From positions 1,674,001 to 1,738,000 of the forward strand of contig JANHCV010000001.1 of NCBI GenBank assembly GCA_025594325.1: DNA of 64,000 nt, read 5' to 3'. Below, one piece after another: positions 1-10,491 of this stretch. Source of the stretch: Blastocladiella emersonii ATCC 22665. Its lineage: Eukaryota > Fungi > Blastocladiomycota. Each line of letters begins with the position of its first letter. Within the stretch, counting starts at the first letter, position 1. The notes beneath the pieces were generated by a model, which was not told the DNA's origin, made no database searches, and saw only the letters and a list, made by a program, of their open reading frames with translations. The position numbers and the translations under genes were made by a program.

Positions 1-479
1 TTTCCGTTGCCGTACCGGCCGCTACTGCTCCCGCCGCTGCCCCAGTTGCCGCTTCCGCTCCTGTCGCTGCTCCAGCTCGGGTTCCGTCGCCAGCCCCAGC
101 TGCGGCTCCTGCTGCGTGCGCCGAGCCCGCGTCGTCGAGCTCTTCCGCTGCACCCGCGCCATCATCCTCATCCGCGGCCGCCTCTGCCCTAGACCCTGCA
201 GCTGCCGCATGGGCTGAGCGCGAGGCCGAGAAGTGGCGGGACTCCAAGGCGAGCAGTTCCCGCACCACCGCCGCGACCGAGACCGACCCGATCCGCGACG
301 ACGAGCCGCCCGTCCTCCACGCCCGCCAGGAGACGCCGAGCGAGGAGGATCTTGACATGGAGATTCCCGCCAACGGACCTGCTCGCGCCCAGCGTGCTCC
401 TCGTCCTCCTCATCGCGACCGGCCCCTCATCGACGAGTTTGAGCTCGATCCCAATCGCCGGTGGCCCAATGACCCGTAA
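1..479 (+). CDS. 3' end of an Ala/Pro/Ser-rich hypothetical protein (5' part outside window)
   Basis: Frame 3 is open from base 3 (SVAVPAATAPAAAP...WAEREAEKWR...DEFELDPNRRWPNDP) to TAA at 477-479, followed by an AT-richer 3' flank. Confidence 0.6.
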   Translation, partial: SVAVPAATAPAAAPVAASAPVAAPARVPSPAPAAAPAACAEPASSSSSAAPAPSSSSAAASALDPAAAAWAEREAEKWRDSKASSSRTTAATETDPIRDDEPPVLHARQETPSEEDLDMEIPANGPARAQRAPRPPHRDRPLIDEFELDPNRRWPNDP

Positions 480-682
480 TCGCGGTGATGTGTGTGCGTG
501 ACAAGAGTATAAACGAGATTTTACGACGACTCGAAGCGTGCTGTGCCGAAGGGCGGTGAGTCGCGCTCTGAGTCGAGCCCAAGAGTCACGAAGCAGTGCA
601 GCTCGAGGCGATAAAACGGTGGCCGCAGCGACGCTGCAGCTCTCGCTCTCTCACAAGTCACCGACACGTACTCGAATGCACT

Positions 683-1321
683 ATGGCGACTAAGTTGCAA
701 CACCTTCGCTTCACCGTCGCCGCCGACCCCGCAGCCAACCGGCCCGCCGTCTACGTGACCGAGTGGACCGACGCCGACGCCGCGGCCCTGCCCGCCATCT
801 TCAACAGCAACCCGTCGATCCACGCCAACACGATGCGCGTCCCGGACCCGTACACCGAGGGCAACGCCGTCTCGTTCATCGACTTCGTCAAGCGGTCGTA
901 CGCCTCGGGCAACCACGAGCTCGCCCTGCGCGTCGACTCGCCGACCGGCCGCGTCATTGGCGGGTTCATGATCGAGGAGCAGACGCTGCGCCAGGGGATC
1001 CCCGAGTCGCCGCACGCCGCGTCGGGGCTCGCGCAGGACCAGCTGCGGTCGTGGCTCCTGGGCTACTGGCTCGACGGGTCGATGCGCGGGCGCTCCATCG
1101 CGCCGCGCGTCGTCGAGGCGACGCTGCGCGAGGCCGAGGCCCAGGGCAACGTGGTCCGGGTAGCCCTCGACTGCTTTGTCGAAAACGTGCCGTCGCGCCG
1201 CGTCGCCGAGAAGGCCGGGTTCGAGCTCGAGGGCCGCACGCGCGCGTGCTTTGTCAAGGACGGCAAGCTCCGCGATATCTACACGTTTAGCTGGATCGCT
1301 CCCAAGTTTCGTAGTGAATAG
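683..1321 (+). CDS. GNAT N-acetyltransferase, RimJ/RimL-like (copy 1), intronless, 212 aa
   Basis: Motifs LGYWLDGSMRGRSIA, NVPSRRVAEKAGFELEG and KDGKLRDIY are typical of Acetyltransf_3 enzymes. ATG 683 was chosen because it aligns with the paralog starts. Confidence 0.88.
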   Translation: MATKLQHLRFTVAADPAANRPAVYVTEWTDADAAALPAIFNSNPSIHANTMRVPDPYTEGNAVSFIDFVKRSYASGNHELALRVDSPTGRVIGGFMIEEQTLRQGIPESPHAASGLAQDQLRSWLLGYWLDGSMRGRSIAPRVVEATLREAEAQGNVVRVALDCFVENVPSRRVAEKAGFELEGRTRACFVKDGKLRDIYTFSWIAPKFRSE

Positions 1322-1809
1322 ATGACTACCGTCTTTTGCGCCGAGATGCCGAGATGCACCGCGACGCAAAGCGTGAGACAGTCTGTGAGTCGCGACCATG
1401 TGACGAGCGCGAGACGTTTCAGATCATGCATATGGACCTTTGTTCGTCGCAACGTGCGCGCTTGCCACGGGAGAGGATGATGGTTGATACTCGGTTTCTT
1501 GCCGTGTACCTCGACATCACGCCAAAATGTTTAAACCTCGGATCCCTTGAAGCTGTCGCCGAGTTGCGCGACTCGCTCTGTTTCAAGCTCGAACGCGTCC
1601 TGCGACGCAGTTCGAGGCGGAGCGCCGGACTCTCGCTTACTCTTCATTCATTCATCCCGCGGAAGAACTACACCCAAATCACGGCTACCATTGAAGAGAG
1701 CCTCCGGCGAACCGTCGTCTCGGGCCTCGATGACATTTAAAGCAGCAGCCCAGCTCTTAGCGCTACACTCTCTCCTTCATCGAACCTGCAGGAGTATTAC
1801 ACTCAAATC

Positions 1810-2395
1810 ATGGCTACCAGCGCACAGCACCTCCGCCTCACAGTTCCTGCAGATCCCACGGCCGACCGCCCGGCCATCTTCGTCACGCAATGGACCGTGG
1901 CGCGCTCCCCGCCATCTTCAACAACAACCCCTCGATCCACGCCAACACGATGCGCGTCCCGCACCCATACGCTGAGCAAGACGCAGTGTCGTACACCGAG
2001 TTCGCCAAGCAGTCATACGCCACGGGCCACCATGAACTCGCGCTCCGCGTTGACTCACCGATCGGCCGCGTGTCCTCGAAGCTCCGCACGCCGGTTCGGG
2101 CGTCGCGCAGTACCAACTGCGGTCGTGGGTCCTGGGCTACTGGCTCGATTCGGCCATGCGTGGTCGAGCTATCGCGCCGCGCGCCGTCGAGGCAGTCCTG
2201 CGCGAGGCCGAGGCGCAGGGCAACGTGGTGCGAGTTGCGCTCGACTGCTTTGTCGAGAACGTAGCATCGCGCCGGGTCGCCGAGAAGACTGGGTTCGAGC
2301 TCGAGTGGCGGACGCGTGCGGCCCACGTCAAGGACGGAAAGCTCCGCGACATCTACACGTTCAGTTGGATCGCTCCAAAGTTCCGCGGCGAATAA
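1810..2395 (+). pseudogene. GNAT acetyltransferase pseudogene (copy 2)
   Basis: Collinear with copy 1 but split over three frames by a ~10-nt deletion near 1897 and a ~43-nt deletion near 2073 (loses IGGFMIEEQTLRQG). Neither gap is an intron. Confidence 0.8.
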
Positions 2396-2797
2396 AACTA
2401 CCATTTGTCGACGAGACAACCAAAACCAGAGTGATTCCGCACCACGTGAGCGCGTTATACATATCAGATCACGTAACCCATCACGACGACGCCTCCTTGC
2501 AACGGCTGCCGCTGCGCCTCCGACATGTTCTCCAATAAATTGCAGCGGACGGGCAAACCGAGACCAGCTTCTTTCAAAGCCGCGGACCTGTGCGATAGAA
2601 ACGCAGGGACTGCAGCGGTATCAGCACCAGGTGCTGCGCAGTGGCCAACCAGCTGCGGCCGCCGCTGCGAGCTCCGATTGTCGCCGCAGCCAACGCCGAT
2701 TACGACCGCAGCACTGCTCGTTTGCTGCCACCTCGCCGAACACGAGGACGTGGGAGATTGTTCGCAGAGAGGGAGACGTGTCACCACCCGGTGGTGG

Positions 2798-2804
2798 TAT
2801 AAAA
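2798..2804 (+). promoter_or_regulatory. TATA box (TATAAAA) upstream of GNAT copy 3
   Basis: TATAAAA in a GC-rich context ~160 nt upstream of ATG 2965. A similar ATAAAACGG lies upstream of copy 1 (611-619). Confidence 0.4.
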
Positions 2805-2964
2805 CGGATCCGATGCCCGGCTACGAAAGTTGGTGAGACCAAGCAGCTCAGTGACGAGCAACTCGTCTCTCAACTTCGCAAACGCCCTCAAAGTGCAACT
2901 CTCACGTCCCGGCAAGGACCGAGCTCTCACTAACCGTGACCCAAAAACGCCCTAGTTAGTCACC

Positions 2965-3609
2965 ATGGCCACCGACAAGACCAACTACCTCCGCTTCACC
3001 GTGCCCGCGGCCGGCGCCGACCGCCCTGCGCTCTTTGTCACCGAGTTCGAGGCGAGCGACGCGGCCGCGCTCGAGGCCATCTTCAACTCGGACCCGGCGA
3101 TCCACGCCAACAGCATGCACATCGAGGCGTCGTACACGCGCGACTCGGCCGCGGCCTTCATCGCCAAGACGCGCGCGTCGTACGCGGCCGGGTACCACGA
3201 GCTCGCGGTCCGCGCCGACACCGAGCACGGGCCGATCGTCGGCAGCCTGACCATCACCGAGCGCACGCTGCGCCAGGGCTTCCCCGCGGCGGTCCACGCG
3301 CCGACGGGCCTGCCGCAGGGCCTGCTGGTCACCTGGATGCTCGGCTACTGGGTCCACGCGCCCATGCGCGGCCGCGGCATCGTGCCGCGCGTCCTGGCCG
3401 CGACGCAGAGCGAGGCCGAGCGCCAGGGTAACGTGGTCCGCGCCGACCTCGTGGCGTTCATCCAGAACACGCCGTCCAAGCGCGCGGCCGAGAAGGCCGG
3501 GTTCGTCGTCGAGGGCCTGATCCGCGCGGCCGGCGTCAAGGACGGCGTGCTCGTCGATATCTACCAGATGGCCTGGGTCGCCCCGCAGTTCCGCCGTGGC
3601 GAGAACTAG
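2965..3609 (+). CDS. GNAT N-acetyltransferase, RimJ/RimL-like (copy 3), 214 aa
   Basis: LGYWVHAPMRGRGIV, NTPSKRAAEKAGFVVEG and KDGVLVDIY; clear paralog of copy 1. Confidence 0.9.
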   Translation: MATDKTNYLRFTVPAAGADRPALFVTEFEASDAAALEAIFNSDPAIHANSMHIEASYTRDSAAAFIAKTRASYAAGYHELAVRADTEHGPIVGSLTITERTLRQGFPAAVHAPTGLPQGLLVTWMLGYWVHAPMRGRGIVPRVLAATQSEAERQGNVVRADLVAFIQNTPSKRAAEKAGFVVEGLIRAAGVKDGVLVDIYQMAWVAPQFRRGEN

Positions 3610-3697
3610 AAACGTGCTTGGTTGAAGTGTCACCTCGAAGTGTTGAATGAACAAAGAAGCTAAGTGATATATAACAGCGTAACGTCAAATACCTTCC

Positions 3698-5506
3698 TCA
3701 CCGACGCTCAAACACGAGCGGCACCGCGACGGGCCGCGCCGTGATCGAGTAGTGGACCGCGGGATACGGGGTGCTCTCGGGGACCGAGACGCGGTACCGG
3801 CGGACGAGGCGGGCGAGGAACAGCTTGAGCTCCATGATGGCAAAGGCGCGGCCGATGCAGGCGCGCGGGCCGGCGAGGAACGGCATGAAGTTGAGCGGGT
3901 GCAGCGTGCGCGTCGCGGCGGGGTTCTCCTCATGGCCCGTGATCTGGATCTCCTTCCACCGGTCCGGGCGGAACGACTCGGCGTCGTCGCCCCACACCTG
4001 CTTGTCGAGGTGCATCGCTTGCTACAGACGTCGGCACGGGAGGGTGAGCTGGGAGCGTGCGAGGGCGAGCGTGAGCGCAAGAAAACGTACGATTGGGATC
4101 AGAACACCAGCGCCGGCGGGGATCTCGAGCGTGCGGCCGTCGGACATGGTGACCTCGTTGTCGTTGAGCGCCTTGCGGACCGTGAGGAAGACGGGCGAGT
4201 GGAGACGTAGACCCTCATTGACGACGCGGTGCAGCTCGGCGACCTGGTTGGCGTCGTCGAGCGAGATATCGTCGCCCTCGGGGAGCTCGTCGACGAGCGC
4301 GCGGTACAGCGTCTCCTGCACGTCGGGGTTGAGGCCGAGGAAGTAGAGCGTCATGGACAGCGCGTTAGAAGTAGTCTCGTGCCCGGCGAGCAGGAACGTC
4401 AGCAGCTCGTCGCGGATCTCCGTCAGCGTGAGCCCCGTGTCGCCGCCGCCGTTGCCGTCCTTCTGGTTCTCGAGGAGCACCTGAACCAGCGACGTGAGGT
4501 TCTGGCGGGCCAGCGCATCGAGCTCCTCGGAGTGCGCGTCGCTCGAGCCCTCGCGGGAACTCAGGTCATGCACGATCTTCTCGACGGCCGAGGTGACGAG
4601 GTGGCGGTCACGCACGAGCTCGCGGTTGGCCTCGAGTGGCAGCCAGCCGAGGAAGGGCAGCGCGCGCTTGGCAATGTTCCAGCCCGTGATGCCGAAGGTG
4701 TGCAGGAGCGAGTTGTAGGCGGCAGTCAGCGGCGACTCGGTGGGGCCGAGGGCGGCAAAGTCGGTGGCGAAGGCGGTGCGGCCGATGACGTTGAGCGTCA
4801 GCGCGATGGACAGGTGCTGGAACTCGACCGGCGCGGCGGAGCCCTTGGTGGCGGACGCGTCGAGGATGGTCTCGAGCTCGTTGAGCGAGCGGTGCATGGT
4901 CGGCGTCAGCTTCTTGAGCGTGGCGGCGTTGAAGAGCGGGAGCACGAGGCGGCGGTGGCGGCGGTGCTCGTCGCCCTCAATGACGAGGAGACCCTTGTCG
5001 CCCGTCACGTACGCGATGAGGCCGCGCACCACGTCGAGCTTGGCGAACTGGTAGCCGCGGGACGACAGAATGGTCTGCAGCGCCTTGGGGTCGGCGACCG
5101 TGATGTTGGGCCCGTGGAACAGGTCGTACGAGAGGTACACCGAGTCGCGGGCGTGCGCCAGACTGGCGCGGTGGAAGTGGACCGGAGTCGGCGAGGCCAA
5201 GATTGCCGTGGAGTGGCCGAGGAACCAACGGTTCGAGAACGTCGTGTTGGGCGGGTTGGCCGGGGCCTTGCCGCCGACCTTGACGCGGCGCGCACGCCGG
5301 TAGTTGGTGAGCATCTTGTACACGGTGCGGACGGCCGGAAGGACGAGCGCCGTGACCGAAACGCCGAGCAGCGCGGCCATGCGAGTGACGGCGGCCGGGT
5401 TGGCCCAGAAGGTGGCCGACGCGCGCTGGAGCACGGCGACGACCGAGGTCGAGACCTCAAGCGGCAGGTGGCCGAGCTGGGCCACGAGGGTTTGCGATGC
5501 TTCCAT
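3698..5506 (-). CDS. Cytochrome P450 (paralog 1), 2 exons: 5506-4091 and 4021-3698, 579 aa
   Basis: I-helix AGHETT, ExxR (EGLR), RPDRW and heme motif FLAGPRACIG. A 69-nt GTACGT...TAG intron (4022-4090) joins LIPI|QAMHL in frame. Confidence 0.93.
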
Positions 5507-5564
5507 GGTGGTGATGGTTGAATGTGGGTCAGCCCAGTACGGCGTGGGGAGGGATTGCGGGCGC

Positions 5565-5570
5565 TTTATA
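5565..5570 (-). promoter_or_regulatory. TATA box of P450 paralog 1
   Basis: CTATAAAGCGC on the minus strand ~60 nt upstream of ATG 5506. The same 11-mer precedes the metacaspase. Confidence 0.45.
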
Positions 5571-6069
5571 GCGCCGGCCCTGCCCCGAGGGCGAGTGGGA
5601 GACGCGCATGGTGCGAACAGGTGCCGCGAATGCCGAGTCCGAGGTTTCCGAGCGCGTTGACGTGTCGTGGCGCACTTTCAGCGGGGCATTTGAAATCAAG
5701 TGGCAGGGCTGAGGTTCCGATGTTTTTCCGCGGAGAGCAGCCAAGGCCCGCAGGTCGAAACGTCCGTCCCACCCTCGTTTCTTTGCCTCCCCTCGTGTCG
5801 GCAATCGCGGAAGCACGATGTGGTCGCGTTCAACGAGTTGCGGCAAGTTGCGGAGGCGAAAACAGGGGTGATGCGAGGAGCAAGGAGCAAGGGCAGCCGA
5901 GTGTGCAAGCTGAGCCACTCGCGTGACCACGCGTTTGGAGTTAGGTCGACGCGCGACGCGGAGAATTATGGCAAACTATTCACAGGATCTCTTGCTGGCA
6001 GCTACCGCCCAACACACACACACACGGACACATTACATACACAGGTTCACATCAGAGACGGGTTTTTGG

Positions 6070-9000
6070 TCACTCGGCAAACACGACCGAGTTGCGCGCG
6101 CGCGGCCGCAGCGTGAGCACGAGCCCCTCGTCATCGTCGCTGCTCTCTTCCTCTTCCTCTTCGTCGCTCTCATCGGCGAACGTGACCCCGACCACGCCCT
6201 CGGCCGCCGCCGCCGCCTCCGCCGCAGCCTCCCGGTCGTGCCGCAGCGCCATGGCCTCGGTCGCCGTGAGCCACGACCGGAGCTGTGCCGCGACGCCGTC
6301 GTTGGCGAGCGGCGACGGCAGGTTGACGGGCGAGTTACCCGCCGACACGGACGCGGGTTTTGGGCTCGCGGACCGGCGCCCGTCGTGCTGGTCCGCTGCG
6401 GCGGCGGCGGCGGCCGTGATCTCGCTGTACCACGTCGGCGGCGTGTGTGCGAGCGCCACGTCCGCGGCGTGCGTGACAGCCTCGAGGAGCATGAGCGTCG
6501 ACGACGCGCGGCGCGGTGGCGCAGGTGCGTGCGGCGACGTGATAGTGGACCGCCGCCGCCGGCTCGACGACGACGCGCCGCTCGTCAGCGAGCCCGTGGG
6601 CGAGGTAGTGGGGGGTGCGGCGACCGGGCTGAGCGACGCGGCCGATGGGTGGAGCAGGAACCGTGGTGGTGCGGGGAGCGGCGGGAGGCTCGTGATGAGC
6701 GAGGGCGACGAGGACGAGGGGAACGACGGGAGGCTGCCGAGGTGAAGCGGCGGGGCAGGAGGGATCCGGCCGACGCTGCCGCGGCGACGGGCAACGGGTT
6801 TCCCGATACTGCTGGCGGGTGGCGAGACGGGGAGGCCGGCGGGCATGGGCGGCAGTGGTGGTGCTGCCGCAGGGGAATCTACATGAGGAGGTTCAACGGT
6901 GAGCTGGCGAACTTGACAAAAGTTCGGCGCCAATCGAAAGACGTACACTTGCCCGCCAGTGCGCGCTCGAGCATCCCGGGCGTCCACGAGTGCCGTTGCC
7001 GCCGCGCCTTGCGCTGCGTGCTGCTCGTGTGCATGTCGGTAGCCGCGTCCGCGTCCTCAGCGAGGTGGGGCGGCACGGCGCCGGGACGGACGACCGGGGA
7101 CACGCGTGCAGCGACGGCGCCGAGCGTGAGCGAGATGGGCGACATGCTGCTCCCGCTGCCGCTGCTGAGGAGGCCGCTGGAGGAGGTCGAGGACGACGAC
7201 GAGGAGCCGCCGGTCGAGGAAGATGGCGACGCCGATCCCGAGGACGACGACGAGGACGGGCAGTCGATGGAGACCGACGCGCGCTTGTTGGGCGCAGCCG
7301 TGACGAGGGTCTGCTCCGCGTCGCCGTCGGCGTCGTCAAACAGCGACAGCCGCCCGCCGTACACGGCGCCGACGTTGGGCGATGCGGCCACGACCGACGG
7401 CAGGGCGGACCGCGGGACGGCGAACACGAGTTCGCGCATGACGATCTCGGGCGGCGCGTCGGCCCGCAACGAGTCCTCGCGGACGAGTCCGGGCGCGACC
7501 GAGAACAGGACCGCGTCAGCGGCGGCGGCGTCGTCGGTGCGCTCACTGACCGTCTCCATGTGCCCGCCGACCGCGGGCGCCTCGAACCCGGCCCACGTCC
7601 ACCGCAGCAGCGGGTCCGCCGACATGATGTACGCGAACAGGCGCGTCGACCGCACCACGAGGTCCCACAGGTGCTGCGCGCGCGGGACGAGGAGGTGCGC
7701 CTGGTGCAAGATGCGGAGCAGGTCGATGGTCGTCGACGCAAACTCGCGGCGCAGGAGCGCGGCGAGGCGGTCCTCGGGCGTCGCTTTCGGATCCGCGAGC
7801 CACGAGGGGAGCAGCGCGTCGGGGACCGGGTGGTGGTCGGTGCCGCACTCGAAGAGCTCGTCGAACTGGCTCTCCCACGGCGTGCCGATGAGCAGCTCGG
7901 CCGCGTCGTCGACATCGTCCTCACCGTCGTCAAAGTCACCGAGCGACTCCCACGACCGGTGCGACGAGGCGACGGACGCGAGCGACGCGGTGCTCCGCGG
8001 GCGGCGCAGGCGGCGGGTCGCGGCGCCCTGCATCTGCTCCTGGACCGCCTCGACCTCGGCGGGGCACGTCACGAGCAGCACGGGGATCGCGTCGCGCGGG
8101 CGCGCGAGCAGGCGGCGCAGCAGCGGCAAGCAGTGCAGGTGCTCGAGTTTGGCGAACAGCCGGTAGCACGCGCCCGCGAGGTGGTGCGTCAGCAAGTACT
8201 GCGCCGACTTAAGCGCGTGCGCGTCGGCGGCGGCGGACTCGACGTCGCGCGGCGATGCGAGCGACGACGTGGACGCGGTGCGGCGCAGGGACGACACGGT
8301 GCCGAGCGCCGTGGGCGACGGGACCGGGGTCCGTGGCGGCTCGAGCAGCGCGGCGGGGACCTCGGACAGGCGCATGAAGGTCGACAGGCGCGACGCCGCG
8401 ACCGATTGCGCGAGCGACGAGGCGGCCCCGTACGAGCTGCGCGGGTGCGGCGACACGGGCGCGCTTGTGTCCGTGTAGTCGCCGTCGCTGTTGTTGCGCG
8501 CCAGCGGCTCGACGCGGTGATCGGCGGCGCTGCCGCTCCCCGCGTCGTGCGCAGCCGACGGCGACGCGGGCGTGAAGGCGGGCGGCACGCCGTCGGCGCA
8601 GGCGTGGCGCGTGATGAGCGTCGAGTAGAGGGCGACGACGAGGGTGCGCGGCGACCGCTGGTAGTGCAGCTGCAGGACCTGGCTCGTGTACCCGGCCCAC
8701 AGCAGGCGCATGCGCTCGACGAGGGCGTCCACGTCGGCGTGGTCGTCGGCGTAGATGCGCTCGAAGCGCGGCCGGCGCAGGCGGCGGATCTCGAACGGCG
8801 TGCGGGCCGGTGCGGGGAGGACGGTGGGGACAGCGGATGCCGCGGCGTGCGCAGTCGAGTTGAGCACCACGGCGCTCCCGTTGGTGCCGCCACGCGGCAG
8901 CGAGCTCGTCGAGTGGGTGCGGCGCAGCAGCGTGGATGCGCCGTGGGACCGGTCGAGCGTCGTGGGCGACACGGTGATGTCGGGCGCGACGATGCCGGCG

Positions 9001-9569
9001 AGGTGGGGCGGGATCGGCGCGAGGGGCGGTACCGCCGCGGTCGCAGCTGCCGCCATGACGGGCGTCGGGAAGGCCGTGTCGGGCGGCGAGGCGACAGGGC
9101 CCGAGGCGATGGTTGACCACGACATGGGCCGTTCGCGGGTGACGACAGACCCAGGTCTCCGGGAGCGCAGCAGCAGCGGATCGCGGCCGCGCGCCACCAC
9201 GGTCGCCGTACTGTTCGAGGAAGCGCTCGAGCTGCTGCTGGAACTTGCGGGGGCGCTCCCCGAGCTCGACGAGGAAGGATCCGAGGCATTGAGCGAGATG
9301 AGCGAGCCGCGCGGGTGCAGGAGCAGGCCGGGGGTGGCGACCGAGGCCGGGGCCGGCGCTGGCGCCGAGTCGATGGACGATCCCGAGGCGGACTGGCGGC
9401 GGTGGTGCGACGAGGCGCGCTTGCGGTGGTGCTGGCGGCGGCGCGGGAGCAGGCGGTCGAAGAGGGTCGGCATGCAGCGCGGCGCGAGCGGGCTGCACCC
9501 GGCGGGCACATCCTGCAGGTCGGCGCCGTTACTGGCGGCGCCGTCGCCGGTGCGGACGGGCTGCGACAT
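6070..9569 (-). CDS. Hypothetical low-complexity protein with a conserved helical core (family member A), 2 exons: 9569-6947 and 6878-6070, ~1143 aa
   Basis: Long ORF with a 68-nt GTACGT...TAG intron (6879-6946) that restores frame. Shares several blocks with 14624-17749. Start codon uncertain. Confidence 0.72.
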
Positions 9570-10491
9570 GTCGTGCTGGCCGCTCGCGGGGACGACAGAG
9601 CGAAGTGCGGGGCGCTGTGGCGCGGGTCGGGCGACTTGCTGTGGGCGGGAAGGTGGAGCGTGGGCCCGATTCGGCGAGTCGTCGGAGCGCGCGGGGGCAG
9701 CCGATGCAGCAAGTGCAGAGAGCAATAAGCAAGAGCCGAGTGCGTCGTGTGGAGCAGGCAGCTGCTGACCAAGTTGCGGTGCGAGGGAGAGAGCGAGGGA
9801 GGGGGAGGTGGCGGACGGAGACGATCAGCAAGAGTTTCCAGGGCAGGAGAACGGGGACCGCTTCGAGCGCTGGCGAGCGCTTTGCCCTGGAAAGCGCGGC
9901 CGGCCCGGTCGCATTCCCACACATCGCTGATGGCGAGCGACCCGTTGTCCTCCTCGACACTGGGAACCCCTTGCCCTCGCCCACACCGTCTACGCTTCCG
10001 ATCGGGATTCTGGTTCCGCAAAGGCGCTGCAGCGTTGAAACGTGTGGGAGCGGCTTGCGATGCCTAGCCGATTACGCGCTACGCCGCGATACTGCTTAGA
10101 GCTTCAACCTGGCTAGCGGATGGCGTCATGGATCGGCACGGACGTGTGCGGTGGAGGGAAGCGGCATTTCACATGATGTCTCGCACCCTGTCTCGCGGCC
10201 ACGCGACGCGACGCGCCACACGGTGCCTCGCGCGAGTCGGGCCGGCGCCGTGGCCATTGCACATCGCGCATCGGTTTTTCGCACCACCTGCACCCGCGCT
10301 CGACTCCCGTGCTCTCCCACCGGACATGCCTCCCGCGCCTTACGCGAGCGGGTGAGGCCGCGCTGAGGCCGTGTCCCTTGTCTGAGCACCCGAAGTAGCG
10401 CGTGATCCGCACACGGCAGCTAATTTGGACGATCCTGCTCCATGCTTGCGTGTCATATCGCGCCACGGCTACCACTGCTGAAGTTATCGCA

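Noticed and set aside
2782-2796. Short near-palindrome CACCAC-CCG-GTGGTG just before the GNAT3 TATA box
   Set aside because: It is too short to distinguish from chance in GC-rich DNA and is not repeated upstream of the other GNAT copies.
5923-8166. 747-aa plus-strand ORF, and similar long shadow ORFs (6990-9116, 26453-29170, 46769-48211, 51938-53899, 54479-56848, 57804-59168)
   Set aside because: They are antisense or off-frame to well-supported genes, are Arg/Gly/Ala/Val-rich, and are expected by-products of strong GC3 bias.
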